64,000 bases of DNA from Pocillopora damicornis (Eukaryota). Positions 26,992 through 40,511 of this stretch are shown here, in pieces. Positions within the stretch are counted from its first letter, which is position 1. Each line of letters starts with the position of its first letter. The notes beneath the pieces were generated by a model. That model was not told where the DNA came from. It ran no database searches and saw nothing but the letters and a program-made list of their open reading frames with translations. The stretch spans positions 558,001 to 622,000 of the forward strand of contig NW_020844266.1 of the NCBI RefSeq assembly GCF_003704095.1, written 5' to 3'. The position numbers were made by a program, and so were the translations under genes.

Positions 26992-28432
26992 TATAGCAGG
27001 TAATTCAGTGTTAACAACTGAGTTGAAAACGTAAATTAGCCACCGTAAAGGGTAGAAAAGCTGACGTTTCGAGCATTAGCCCTTCGTCAGAGCGATTGAT
27101 GAAGGGCTAACGCTCGAAACGTCAGCTTTTCTACCCTTTACGGTGGCTAATTTACGTTTTCAACTCAGTTGTTAACACTAAATTACCTACCTTAAGAGAC
27201 TGTCTGCCATGTCCGTAAGATTATCAATCTTGCTGCACTTACCGTTTGCACTGTATATAGCGGAGTATAAATATCCGTTGTTATCTTCCACATTGGATGC
27301 CCAGGGACTCCGGGCATTCCGACCTGTCCTGGCAAGCCTCCGAATCCCATTCCTCCTTTTGCCCCTGGGGGCCCCTGTGGCCCTGGAGGTCCGGGTGGTC
27401 CTGGTAACCCAACCTGGCCATGCTGTCCTGGGGGACCAGGCCATCCTGGCATGCCAGCTGATCCAGTGATTCCGGAACTACCAAGGGGACCTTTTGCTCC
27501 CGGAGGTCCCTGGGGGCCCGCGACTCCTCTTACAAAAAATCCCATGGAGAGTTCTTGGTTAAGAAGATCAAATGTTTGAATTGAATCCAGAATATCCTGG
27601 GTTATTTGGTCGCCAAGCCTCGGCCATTGTTCCCTCGGAATGTGAACAAGCTAAAAGATAATCATGGCGTTGACAAGATTTATCTTGGACGAGTATCAAG
27701 ATCAAATATAGATTGAAACACTGGATCACACTTTCGTTTTAAAATTTATTCTCACTGCAATTGATACAAAATAGAGTTAATTTTTGGTTCATTGGCGAGC
27801 TCCCAGTCAATCCCTTTTGGTTGAAATTAAGCTTATTTGTAGAACTGAAAATGAAATCTTAACGAGGTACACATTTTGGCACGTGGCTAGTGTAAGCATT
27901 CCACACTATTTTCCCTGGCAAAAGTGTTTTGAAAGCGCCCAAAGGAAACGAGAGGCGGGTAAGTCAGCAGGTATGAACAGGTGTAACTTGGTGAATTAAA
28001 ACCCAGCGATTTTAAGGGAAAAGTTCCCAATGCCATTTTGGCGGACAATTTTTTTCATTTAACAAAACAATTTAAGTTCTTCTATTTTGAACGTAAAGAT
28101 TGCTTTAATTTGAGATTTGGTAATGGCCCTTCCCATCTTATCATTCTAGAGATTCTCGTTCATTTTCTTCTCAATTTTTTTCTGTTTGTATCCATAATTA
28201 AGCGACACTGTTACAGGTACTTGAGTTGATGTAGGGGTAACCAAAATGTCGTTTTATGCTCGTAGTTGATTTAAGACATTTTCCTATCTGAAGCCAACGC
28301 TCAGCAAACAGAGCTTTAGTTAAAGACTTTAAAAACTTGCCTTCTCACCCAATAGAGGTTTATAGAAAACTTCAATTTTACCTTTACAACGGCAACTAGT
28401 TGCATTAACAATATGACCCTGAAATATCCCAT
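25978..28432 (-). CDS. Nematogalectin-like protein: signal peptide + Gly-X-Y collagen domain + SUEL/galactose-binding lectin domain + C-terminal extension
   Basis: Exon 28382-28432 encodes [17 protein letters not shown] (hydrophobic, |gtaaaa donor). Exon 27243-27650 has 26 uninterrupted Gly-X-Y triplets. A phase-0 intron leads to exon 25978-26619 with [11 protein letters not shown]...VTQARWGK...C...[15 protein letters not shown]...[10 protein letters not shown] (SUEL lectin pattern). Intermediate 5' exon(s), e.g. from 28287, are unresolved. Confidence 0.8.
26945..27188. repeat. Penelope-like-element-derived repeat forming a ~191-bp near-perfect palindrome (26998-27188) with hammerhead-like cores
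   Basis: Arms of ~92 bp with about 3 mismatches and a 7-nt spacer (27090-27096); contain (c/t)tga(c/t)gaagggctaa(c/t)gctcgaaacgtcagc. Confidence 0.8.
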
Positions 28433-31400
28433 GACGGTTTGATCTACAAGCTTAAGATAAAAACAAATCAAATAACCAAAGTGTTCATAGCTGAAAAGTC
28501 TCTCAGTTGACCAAGTTAAAAATAACAAATAACTCGATAACCTTTCATCACCTAACGTTCTTCAGTTATAAATTTAAGACGCCACTATGGGTTCTTATAA
28601 TTTAACCGTGTACCGCAGTATTGCGGGAGGAGTTTCGTTGCCATAAATTAATGACTTGAAAATTTAACAGACAACGAACTCGACAATGATTTCAGCTGCA
28701 TGCGTATATCCTTCTTTTAATACCTTTTTTAAGTTCCATACTAGCGGGATGCTAAATTCTGACAAATAGCAATCCTCCTTAACTTGAAAGGCGCAAAACG
28801 CTCTCTTGAAATGGGGGCGACAAATGGACTATGGCGAAAATAAATTATCCACTCTTACTTTAGAAGGCTCAGTACTCATACTTACTAGACTGTAAATAGA
28901 ATTGTCGTAACTAAACCATATTCAGTCAAGCTCCCTTTTTCTTCTCTGAAACTGGCGAGTCAACAACGATAGATGTACTGGCTGTTACCATAGGTTTGAA
29001 AGTTTGGAATGACCTGATGATCGAGATCCACAAATCACCGCGGGTGACGATTCTACCAAAGTGACGTCATCGTGTTTACAATTGGAAGAGTTAGCTCTCC
29101 TATCTCAGTCAACGCATTGTCTTTGAAAGAAAGCTCGTTATCATATTTAATTTGTGGTTTCAGCAGTTAAACACGAAATAAACGGTATTTTACTTTGCAG
29201 ATTCATTTCCAAAACTGACTTTTCTACTCTCCCACGTTCTTTCCTTTTTACAAGTGGTTTCGACGGACATTGCAAACGAGACACCCAAACCCAAACAATT
29301 AGTTTCGTTTATTTTTATCATTTAAGTTCATTTAACGCCGGTGTTCTGCTGATATTGCTTACATCAGCGTCTTAGTTTACAGCATAGCTCCATCAAAGCG
29401 GAAGTACTTCAGCCACTGATCGAGAGCAAATCAACACCTTATATGTCCTAAGGAAAGCTCGTCTCTTCCAAACGTGATATCATGAAGCGAAAGTCTTCAA
29501 ACAAAAGATATATTGCTATAATGACATCTACATGTACAACTTGTCTAACAAAGCACACTAATTATATTCCACCATGTAATTGTGCATTATAATCCAGTCA
29601 CAATAAAGCATGCATTAAAGGGAATTAAAATTTGGTAAAAAATAAATAAACGAGCATCAACGAAAGAGCGCAAATTGACTTCTCACTAAAACCTATTTTT
29701 AACAACAGCGCAAAGCGTTTTGATGAAAACTGAAAGGTCACGGAAAACTCGATGGGGAATATGGCGTGGGAAATAAGACAGGATAAAAGCGGAGAAGGAA
29801 ATTAATCAGAGTAGGAAAGCAGGAAATACTTTAAACACAATAACGTGGTCGAAGGAGGTCTGTAGCCGTCTGTTAATGACGGCGTAAAGCAAATGGGACA
29901 TCTTGTGAGACGAAGGCCTCTTAACACGAAATGGGTGCAGGAGGATTCCTAAAAACATTGTACAATCAAATAATAGCTGCTAAATCATGTTCATAGATTG
30001 CGTGCCTGTCTTGAAGCACGTTTTCTTCTGGAAGAAGAGGAGCTTTCTTGTACCAAGCCCTGAGGCAATATTGACTGTTATCGACTGACAAAATAGACAA
30101 TAATCAAATTTCTAGTACCTTCTCAAACTGATTCGCGAATTATAGAAAGCCGACCGGAAAACCACTAGATTTAAACCAAAACCAAATTTACAGGCAGAAG
30201 TTAGCATTTATGATCTCTTAAATAGCCGGAATAGCTCGCGTTAATGCTTTAGTAAAGCACATTAGTAACATCATCCAGCGCTTTGTAAATATTTGTTCCA
30301 CTTCATTTCTCTTCGATCACGTTTTTTTCTATTGCCTTTTGTTTTGCAGAGATGCAAAACGGAATTCCAGCCGACAAACACACAGGTCTCTATTTCAAGT
30401 GGCTTACAAAAGATTCAAACTCTGGAACTGCGTCAGAAAGCCAAAAACATCTTAGAAAAATTTCCTGCTCCTCAATTATCTTTTGTTAGCGGTTTTTAGT
30501 TTTCTATTTCCGACCAGAACTATAAGCTTGCAGCTCCTGGAAAATAAGGTTTACCAATGCTTATCCATTATATATCTTCTTAAATATCTCTGAAGATAAT
30601 TCATCAACAGGTAATGCTTTCTCAATGGAGCATCAACGCAGTAGAGGTACTGATTTACTAGAAATTGTGCGGATGGCATCCTGATAGCAACAGATATACT
30701 GAAAGGCCGGCAAGCCACGCACAACATTTTAAAAAAATTACTGACATCGTTTTCCACAATAATCAAATAATATATTTTTTCTATTTAACATTATTTCTTA
30801 AACCAACAAAAAATTTATTCTCGATTCCTGTCGCGCGATAGTGGTGAGGGTGAGGCCCGTATCAAATGTCACCCATAGAAATTTAGTTTCAGTGTAAATC
30901 TACTAGTCGTTCAAAATTAAACTGTTGTACAGTCTCATGGTTTTTTTAGGTAGCGTGGCCAAGCAGATTAAAGCATTTGGGTAGGACACTGGCAGATTAT
31001 TAGATAATCAAAGCTGGCATTCCAGGTTCTGCTTTGCTTCTTTGCCAAGTTTTTGTCCTCTTATGTTAATTGAAAAGAGTTCAATAACTCTAAGGTATAT
31101 TGAATCACTGAGTAGTCGACTCAAGTCGATCTTCCTCGAGAAATTCTTTTTTAACGAAAACTAACAGGAATTGTCTCTAATCGACTTCATCCGTTATTCA
31201 TTTGAAATCTAATAACCAATTCATACAAAAACTTGAGTTGATCTTTTTCCAGCCCTTTTCACCGTTACTCACAAAGTCAAATAAGACCTCGTTAGTCCAT
31301 CCAGGGCTGAACCCTTCATTAATTCTCTCAAGAATGCACTAACATCTGATATTTCCCAGACACTACCAAGAGCCGGACAGCCAATATAAGCGAAGAAACC

Positions 31401-31595
31401 GGAATAAAGGAAGCCAGGAGGGTCAGCTGTAGTAACTGGCTTTTCTTAAACGTGTTGTTATCAAGTTCGGAATCTGTGCTCAAAGGACCAGCACGATTCG
31501 GGTAAATGTAACCGTTGATTGTTGTTAAAAGAATAATTTACTGTCTCAGGGATTAGTTTCTATACGGGGAACGTTAATCTCGTCGTGCGAAAATG

Positions 31596-31620
31596 AAAAA
31601 AAAAAAAAAAAAAAAAAAAA
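31596..31620. repeat. Poly(A) run
   Basis: About 25 consecutive A. Confidence 0.9.
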
Positions 31621-33313
31621 CGCGCATCATTTTTTTGCTTTTGCGTCTCCTTTGCTAACTGGACGCCTGGAATACTTTAAATTTATAATTTAAGAAACAA
31701 ATTTTCGAAACGAGAAACGAGGAAAAAAAAACTATAACAGCAACAGCAACTGCAAAAATAAAACTGATGACCCCATTAGGTTTACGGAGAGTCATGTTGT
31801 TTCCCGTGATATTAGATCAGCACTCAGGGTCGATAAACACGAATTTCAAAGTGAACCAAATTTTCCACCATTTATAGCAAGTACTGATTCGACCGTGGAT
31901 CTGTCTTTCTCGTTTCTACAAAACAACCAAACATTTTACGTTGATTTGAATGTCAGGATTTAAAACTGAATTCATAATGAAAAGGCGTTCTGGTATGTTT
32001 AACATATAACTAATAGCCAAAAACTGACAACTAATTAATAGGAAAATAAAATCTGAAATTCATTTTTAGAGTTCTTTGATTGAGGAACGTTCATGTCCTT
32101 TTCCTCAAGTTATGTGGAACTGTGAAAAATTCAATGCAATGAGCGAAGATTTGTTTCCCTGTGTGAGATATGTGAAAATTCATTGCGAAAGATGGATTAA
32201 TTCATTTGTGGTTAACATTTTAGTACATGCCCACCCAAATTCAGCTCTTCCCTTACCTCTTATATTTATATTTCCCATGAGAGAATGTCTTTCTTGTTCA
32301 AGTCTTGACGTCAGAGGATTCATGAAACGACAAAATGACGGAATCTGGTAAATCCTACAGATTAAATAACTGATTTAGATAAAGGAAACTGTAGGTGAGG
32401 TGTAAAAATGACTCTTCGCTTTCATACTTTGAAAGGTCTGACGTGACATTCTGCGAGTCTAATTTACTTGTTTTACTTAGTATCACGTTTAATGGATATT
32501 TAGAAAATCACTTAAGACCTGGATTAAAGTAGCCTTAAAGTTCTAATCTTCTTCAAATTAGCCTTTTGTCTCGAAAATCCGGAGAGAATGAATAAGTGTA
32601 TCTCAAAACCACCTCAAATGCGAAGGACGACGCGGTGTTAATTAATTTGTGGTTGCTCTATTAAGCAATAACAACGACTTTACAAGAAAAAAATTACCGA
32701 GGAAAAAGTTAGAAAGACTATATAGGAAAGCAGCAACTGAGAACCCAAGTGTACCTGAAATCGCTCAATGTTCGTGTTATTCGTGACTCTGGTGTCAGAT
32801 ATGTCTTGATATCTGATTACTGAGGGGTTCACTATAAAAATTAGAGGAAACAATAAACATGTGACGTCTTTAGTAAACAGTAATCGCTAATTACTCACGT
32901 AGATAATGTCTTAATAAAATCTGCACCCAGGGCCATTGCTGTGAATTGATAAACCAAAATATTTAATTTCATGTTCTACATCCAGAAAAAAATTGACGAA
33001 GAGACTCAAAATGACATGCTAGAGTTCATTGGATCGGAAGTGTGGAATGAACTTTCACCATAAATAGTATCGTGGCAGCGAATGACCACCGGAAATCAAA
33101 GAGGAACCTCACTGATGTCATTGTCACACTATGCGGTGACGTTACCAGTTGCGCGGTGTTGTATAAAGGGAGAACAAGTGCCAACGAGTGTATCACAAAT
33201 ATAAAGTCGCTTGTGTCATAAAGTCGTGTGGTGTTTGGTGTCCGCTGACTCAAGTCAGGGAAGAAATATTTCTTCAGTCAAGAGCATATGTGCAACGTCA
33301 GAAAGTCTAAAAA

Positions 33314-36300
33314 ATGACAAATCATCTGGGAGCGCAGTCTTTGACCGAAGATAACCAAGTGGTTTCAATTGAGTTACCAAATGGATCAACAGAAAAGATT
33401 GAAGTTCGCGATAAACGGAATGCGACTGTCAGGGACTTAAAGGTCACCTGTGAGTTGCAATTTGGTATCCCATGTAATCTACAGCAAGTCAGCGCTTTGA
33501 AAAACCCAAACCAGGAGTTAAACGACTGGATGCCCCTCACAGAAGCTATTCAGATGATGGGGAATGATGCTGTCGTTGTCGTTAAAGTACCTGTGTGGTG
33601 GAACAAGTTTATTTGCGTTTGCTTGAACAATGATATCGAGAACGTTTGCATAAGAACTAAGCTTCCTATGCAACAGATCAGTAAAGAGGAGCGATTGTTT
33701 GTCGCTTTTTACATCGCTTGCTGCGGTGGACATGAAAAATTACTGGAGCGGCTCCAAACTATGGACATTCAGTGCGACCATCAAACAACTACTCGAGCGG
33801 GTAGGAATCTTTTTCACGCTGCTGCAGCAAGTGGAAAGGTAAACTGTGTGGAGTTTGTGGCCAAACATTTGATCAAACCATCAAAGGAGAACTTAACACT
33901 AATAGACATTAATAGAGAGACCCCGATTGATATTGCGCGACGATTAAATTATAGCGAGACGGAAAGATTACTTTATAAATACATGTACAATGAAAAGGGC
34001 GAACGAATGGAACGCAATTCCGCCGAGTCTGGAATAGATTTGAGCGAAGAAAGCGAGTCAGAGGACTCTGTGGAAGAAAAAAACCGATCAAGAGGAAACA
34101 TTTCCGTATGCGAAGGACAAGATGATGGTGACAGCAGAAGTGCAGATGTGATTAAACCAATTTGTGTCAAGGACGAAGAATTAGTGATCACCGAGTGTGA
34201 CGAAGGATTGAGTTTTGCTGTGAACTCGAAATCAGAACAGGTGACGCCCCCAAATTCACATGTTGGAGTGAATCAACAAGATGGCTTGGCAACGTGTGAG
34301 AGGAGCCCTCAACAAGCGCACAGTCCATGTTCTTCAGAAAGTTCTGACGAGTCGTCGTATATTTCCCCCAGGCCGAGTAGACCGCAAACCCTTAATGTGC
34401 AATCCAATCAACACTTGCTCCAACGGCGGTTTAAGGAAACCGATCCTTACAGGCCAAAGAGCGCGCGAACTGTGCGCTGTCCGAAAATCTACCTCGAGGA
34501 AGAGGAAGAAGCTGATGTAAATGAAAATCATCTGCCTCCTTTAGAAGGCCGAACACAGAAACCTCATGCCCTTGGAAACGTCCTGAGCTCATCCGCGTCT
34601 AACCTGCAAATTAGGAGAATGAAACAAGCTCTTGTACGAACTAACAGCGGGCCGAATTCTCCCATGTTGAATCGACGATTGAATCCGACGGAAGAGTCAC
34701 CTACCGATGATTTTGTCTCGAAAAGCGCGCCAGGTTCTCCACAGAGTCCACGATTGTTGTTCAAGCCATCGCGCAGTACCGCTCCGGTTTCGCCAAAATT
34801 TTCAAGAGCACTGCTGGATCGAAGACGCGGCTCTGAGCCGGTAGCAGCTATGAACAAGATGAATGGTGTCAGGTTTCCTCGCACGACCATTACAGCTGAT
34901 CTGCACGGAGACATCAAGGGACAACCTGCCTCTCCTATAATGTTCAGAAGAGGCAAGGCAAGGTAGGTACATACTCGTTAACTATCAATATATAAGTGGC
35001 CTCTGCCTTTCTTTATTGACCCTTTTCCAAATTGGAATTGTTGTACAGTCTCACAATCAAAGTACGAGGATGTGAACATTGCCATCCTTTAGAATGACCG
35101 ACTATATAGCTTAACAGAACAAGCTCAGTTTCCATGACTTGCAACACAGTGACTTTAATTTGTTACCTTCGCACGCTCTATAGCGTCTGCGAAGTTCTTA
35201 TCCGGACTTACTGCTGCTTCATAAATATTAATAGTTTGGCAAGTAAACAAACTCTTGCTTGTGCAATATGTCTAAAGATTATGTGTTGCCGATTGTGAAA
35301 TCTACACGAACGCAATTAAGAGAAAACAGTTATTTTTCTTTAAAAACTTTGCATGGTCGAAGAGCTTAAAAATAAAAATAAAGTTGAGAGATGTCGTAAC
35401 TTTTAATCAGTTGTAAGTTGAAACTGGTTGTGTGGAGCCACTCTACGTGACGTTTTTGGTTTCATGTATATAACACCAGTTGACCTTAACTTCTCCGCTG
35501 TCAAGAACTTTTTTCCACGAACGTGCTCTTTTGATTTAGCATATTCAAATGAATAAGAGGAAACCAGTTTATTAACATAGAGATTGATAAACGCAAAAGA
35601 ACAGAGCGTTTAAGGTTGTAATTTCGATTACACGTTCACATAATCAGTTTTATTGAAAAAACAATTCATAAGTTAATTTAACCAAACTATGTTTTAAATC
35701 GTGTAACTGGTTACATTTAAAGCTTTTCCGTTGTGTTTTGGAGTTTTCCTTAAGTGATGTTTTAATTTAACTTCTATAATTTGCCGTTGGTACTTGAAAC
35801 AACACGACCTACGATTGTAAACAAATACCAGAGCTCTATAATAAACTTATCGAGCCAGCTTTCCATTTTTTTCCCCGTTCAAAAATGCTTTTGTTGAACA
35901 AGCTATGATAGTTTTAGTTTTAAATACCTGTTTTTCTTTTATGAGGAAAAACCTTAGAGAGTTTTCTTTTCAGTCTGATGATTTGTTTTCTCTGTAATTC
36001 ACGAGTGTGAGACTATTTATCTGGACTCGTTCCTAATTAAATTTTGTGATCTCTCAAAGCACCCTATGACGACCTTTACCTACGTTTAGACCACAAATAA
36101 GTGGTTTCATTTTCACCCACAAATCGTTGTAACACAAACAAGTCAAGAATTCAAGATCTTCTTAAGTACGAATGGATCCTTGTAAACAGTTTTGATTCGA
36201 AAACGTGATTATTGATTTCATAAACGAACACAAATAATCCTATGTTCCAGTTGAAAGAACCTGAATGAACTCAAACAGATTGAAATATTGGATGTGTTAT

Positions 36301-39300
36301 TTTAGCCACGCGGGAAGCTCATTAATTTTCATGCAAAAGAAAAAAATAACTTCTCATCATCAGTTATTTTAGCCTACAGACTCCTGTCGTGAGAGTTTAC
36401 AAAGTCTTTATCAAAACACGGTTTCTTTTGCCCTAAGAGAAACTTTACTTGGTCAGTTTTTTTAATAAAATCGTTGTGCTACACCACAGCGAACAGTTCC
36501 ACAGCGCTTGCTAACTGTAGAATCAATGTCGCGCGATTTTTCTTTTTTGTAAACACTACACTGTTGGGTATTTTGGTCCTGAAGAGACGTGCACTATTGT
36601 TCCTTGGCCTGTCCTGTTTTCGTCGATCGGTGATGTTGTTAATTAATTTGCGAACAGCTTACCCGGCTTAGAATGACCCGGAAAAAATACGCTTTTTTAT
36701 GAGTTGACTTGACGCGTTTCCGACCATCCGCTGTGACATTCACAAAACTACAATCACTGAACTGTAGCTTATTGAGAACACATTCGTCAGAAATGATTAC
36801 ATTGTCAACTTGTCTCATGTCTGTCACTTGTGCAAGTCAATACTGGAGAGAAAGAAAAGAAAACTCGAGGAAAAGACCATAAATATCGTTTAAAAATAAA
36901 CATTACCTTTCAGGGTGGAAGGGAGGTGATGCCTTAAACATTATAATTTTTTCTTTTCAAACCGGCTGACTACCAAACAGACTTAAGTAAGAGAATATTC
37001 TCTTGACTTAACCAATATTTCCTTTCCGATATAAAACCGGAACTGGACCAATGAGAGAGCGTGATCAGAATAATTTTGTTTATCTCGGTTATTTTGTTAA
37101 GCGGTCGGATAAATCGACTACAATATCCGGGATTACTAAAACCTTCATTTGTTTTCTCAAGTCTTTTCTTTGACCAAACTTGTCCCCACGTTCTCCAAAT
37201 TGTGGTCACTTTGTCTAAACAAGAGAAGTCAAATGTTCTTCGGGAAAACAAAAGCACTCAAGGGGTAGTCATTTCAGATCGTTCTCAGTGCACTGAAAAC
37301 AAAACCAATGCAAGCAAAATCGAGTATTGTATGCAGAAGTATTTAAATGAATGTCACATGTGGTGTAGAATTGACTGACGGCGCCAGATTTCTGAATCCA
37401 CATTACACTTATTAAACCTTTACATGTTACTCCACTGTGTGGACAAGGATTAAGTTTGCTTTCACTTGAATGTCATTTTAACGCATCGCTTAAATTAATT
37501 GGGATACAGCGTGCAGTTAATCAGTTGACTAGCCGTTGAAGCACGGTGGATAAGCCATTGGTTCAAACGGATATATGGCAAGCACTGGTAAAAATTAGGT
37601 AAGATTTTCTTAGTGGGGGACCTTCGGATAGGTGGTCCTGTTTCAAGACGTGTCCCTAAAGGAAATTATTAATGTAAGTTAATAAGCTTTCGCGATAACC
37701 CAATGAAGGGTTTAATGAACTAATGAACTAAAAATGGATGTTAGCATTCCTGAAACAAGAAAGCTAGGACGGCGACTGATTCTTCTCAGTAGCTTGTAGA
37801 GTAACTATGGGTGTGTTTCTGACGGAGAAACGGGATTTAGGCAACACTTTTTACATGATCTGGTTCACAAGACCAAAGAGGTTGAATGTCACAGCGAGAA
37901 TTTTTGTTTTAAATATTGATGGCGTATGCACGCTCATTAGGCCTGGCTGCTCAAAGGACTGACGCAAACTTCTTTGGTCATAAATGACTGTTGCCTGCTT
38001 TCGCGAAACAGGATAGTCTCTCTCTCTGAAAAAAAAACCATCTTTCTTAGTCATTATAGTATTGCTATCGATTTCTTAGTTCTTTCGGAAAGCTCGAGTT
38101 TATCGACTTCTCCATCAAAAGCACATTGCACGATTTCATCTTGAAGTACTTTGCTGTGTTTAACAAATGTTAACAAGTACTATTCCGGATGTCCTTCAGG
38201 AAGCCCTACAGTTTTTTTTTTTGAAGCGCTAAGATCTTATCGTCTAAATCCAGCAATCTGGTCTTCAGGACAAAACTTTAAGATTACGGAAATGTTCTAA
38301 GATTTCGTGTGGCAGTCAGAACTGATATGGTAAACAAACTGTCTGAAAATTTCTGGAAATGTGCAATCAAAAACATTTCTTTCACAGAACATCAGGCACT
38401 TGTTGGTTATTTTGTGATACAGACAGGAATCTCTTGGATATATTTTCTGCACTTTTACAACTTTGAAGCAATTTCATCTTTTTTAGACATCTTTTTTTCA
38501 TTCAAAAAGAGTGTTGAATACTATGATTAGTATTATTCAAATAACAATGCTTCAGTTAGCGCCAGAAAAGTTTACCTCTAGAAATTCGCCACGCTTCCAC
38601 ACTTTGAGTGGAAAAACCGTTCAAAAATTGCTCGGAAAATATTAGCGATCCTGGAATGTTTGATATGAAGGAATTACGATGAGAAATAACCGAGGTTTTA
38701 AGGTGGAAGGGAAGGAAAGCCGTCAAATGACGTCATCAAGTAACGGAACAATTGAGGAAATGTAAAGTATAAGTTGTGTCCTCTTTAGCATTGATGCAGC
38801 AGATATGAATGGAAGCAAATTCTTCATTCAGCATCTTTGCATTCAGGAACACATTTGAAAACGTTTTCTTTCCTTTGGTTAAGTACTTATATGGTCTTGT
38901 ATCAAAGTCTTAACAGAACAGCTCGCCTTTCTTCCATGAGAGGCGACTTTAAAACCGTGGGAACTAATCAAAACTGTGTTGACATTTGCCTATTGTTGAC
39001 CACTTTTGGCGGCGCAAACATAACATCACACGATAGTGTGAGGTGTTATCGTTCATCTAATTACTTCGACTTAAGCTCTTTACTTTCCCAAGCCGCATTG
39101 CACGGCGCTGACAGAAGAAGCCAGACCTTTTTGTGACCATTTCGACGAAGGAACATTAATCTATTCGTCTGCTGTAAACTGCAAGCACAAAACTGATCTC
39201 TCTCAGACGTGCGAATAACGCGAATGTACGCTGTAAATAGAACTTAAAATGGCCGTAGCACTTTTAGAACTTAAAATAAACTTAGTGTAGTTGGAATTGA

Positions 39301-40511
39301 GACGTTTTATCTTGTAAAGTTTCATCTTGCCATACGTTCGAGTTTTCGAGGACCTTTTTAGCTACAAATATGTAAGCTTCTTTATAGCCGGACCGCCCTG
39401 AGAAAAAAAAGCTTTTTATCTCACGGAAAGCCATTGACCTTACTGGTCGTGGCTACTAATTAGAACGGTGTCTGTTCTCACAAAGCTCGCATTGGTCAAG
39501 GTTCACAAAGACACATTGATCAGCTTAAACAGAGCACATACCACTTGAGTAAATTGTTCTCAAGATATCCAAACCAAACTTGAACACTTGACAAATACTT
39601 TCTGCGGATATTCAACTAGCAATACGAGCCGGGAGGGATGCAGCTGTCTTCAAGCTACTACCCGAACACCTAGACTTCTATCTGACAAAAGGTTTTTCCT
39701 TGCTTGATGAGCATGACTGCGAGAGGGTCTCTTCCTTTGAATAGATCTCCCCCACTATTTTTGTTGTAAGTTGTAAAATCAAGTGAATGGGTATTTTTCT
39801 TGTTTTTTTTTTCTCTATGTTGTAAATAGACAGAGAGAACTGACCGCTGTTTTCTTTGTTTGTCTTAGGTCTGTTTGTGAGGTTAGTCTAGCCGATTCCT
39901 TAAAAGATCTACGCTGTTACAAAGATATGGACGAAGAGGAACGACTGGATCGACCCTGGAATGCATGGATTGCTGTCAGGAAGGAATCCTTACAAGCTGT
40001 AAGCCCTGAGCCTATATTTGATTCACGAAAGAAGTCTTTCCAACAATGGCTCAGCGAAAAGGATCTTAGTCACTTGAGGGGACTCTTTGCAAAAGCTCAA
40101 GAGGCTGCTAAGACAAACGAGAAACAAGCAAAATTGCTCAAGGGAAAATCTTTTGAAGAATGGTTAGAGGACAAGCAGCGAGAGTATGAGAGGGAAAAAG
40201 AAAAGGAGAAAGGTTTGGAAGACCAGCAGAAACAGCAAGAGGACAAGAAGAACCAGCGAAGGAGAATGTCTCAAGCCAAGTACGACAAATGGCTGCAGCA
40301 GAAGGAACGCGACGCTCTGTTGATGGAAGAAAAAAGAGAGCAAATGGCAAAACAAAAACACGAACTTTTGAAAAAGCAGTGGGAAGAAGAAGATGAAATG
40401 AAGAAAAATGGTAAACAGCCGCTAGGCCGAACTCAGAGTTTACCTGTGGAGGACCGGGCACTACCAACTCGACAAGTAATAAACAAACATAGATTTACAA
40501 GTTTAAAGTAG
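33314..40511 (+). CDS. Ubiquitin-like + ankyrin repeat + coiled-coil protein (ANKUB1/ANKRD60-like N-terminus), paralog A, ~763 aa; exons 33314-34962 and 39869-40511
   Basis: Ubl-like (TVRDLKVTCELQFGIPCNLQQV), ankyrin (GRNLFHAAAASGKVNCV...ETPIDIA) and a Ser/Pro-rich disordered region. Phase-2 intron (AG|gtaggt ... tcttag|G) joins in frame to an exon with PWNAW, SFQQWLSEK, SFEEWLEDK and KYDKWLQQK. Confidence 0.8.

Noticed and set aside
26998-27188. CRISPR repeat, terminator or miRNA precursor
   Set aside because: Single long palindrome in a eukaryotic intron with a dispersed homolog at 58117-58267; explained as a repeat-element derivative.
30551-31430. Additional upstream exons of the nematogalectin-like gene
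   Set aside because: Splice-like sites exist, but a signal-peptide exon at 28382-28432 already explains the N-terminus and the translations are unrecognisable.
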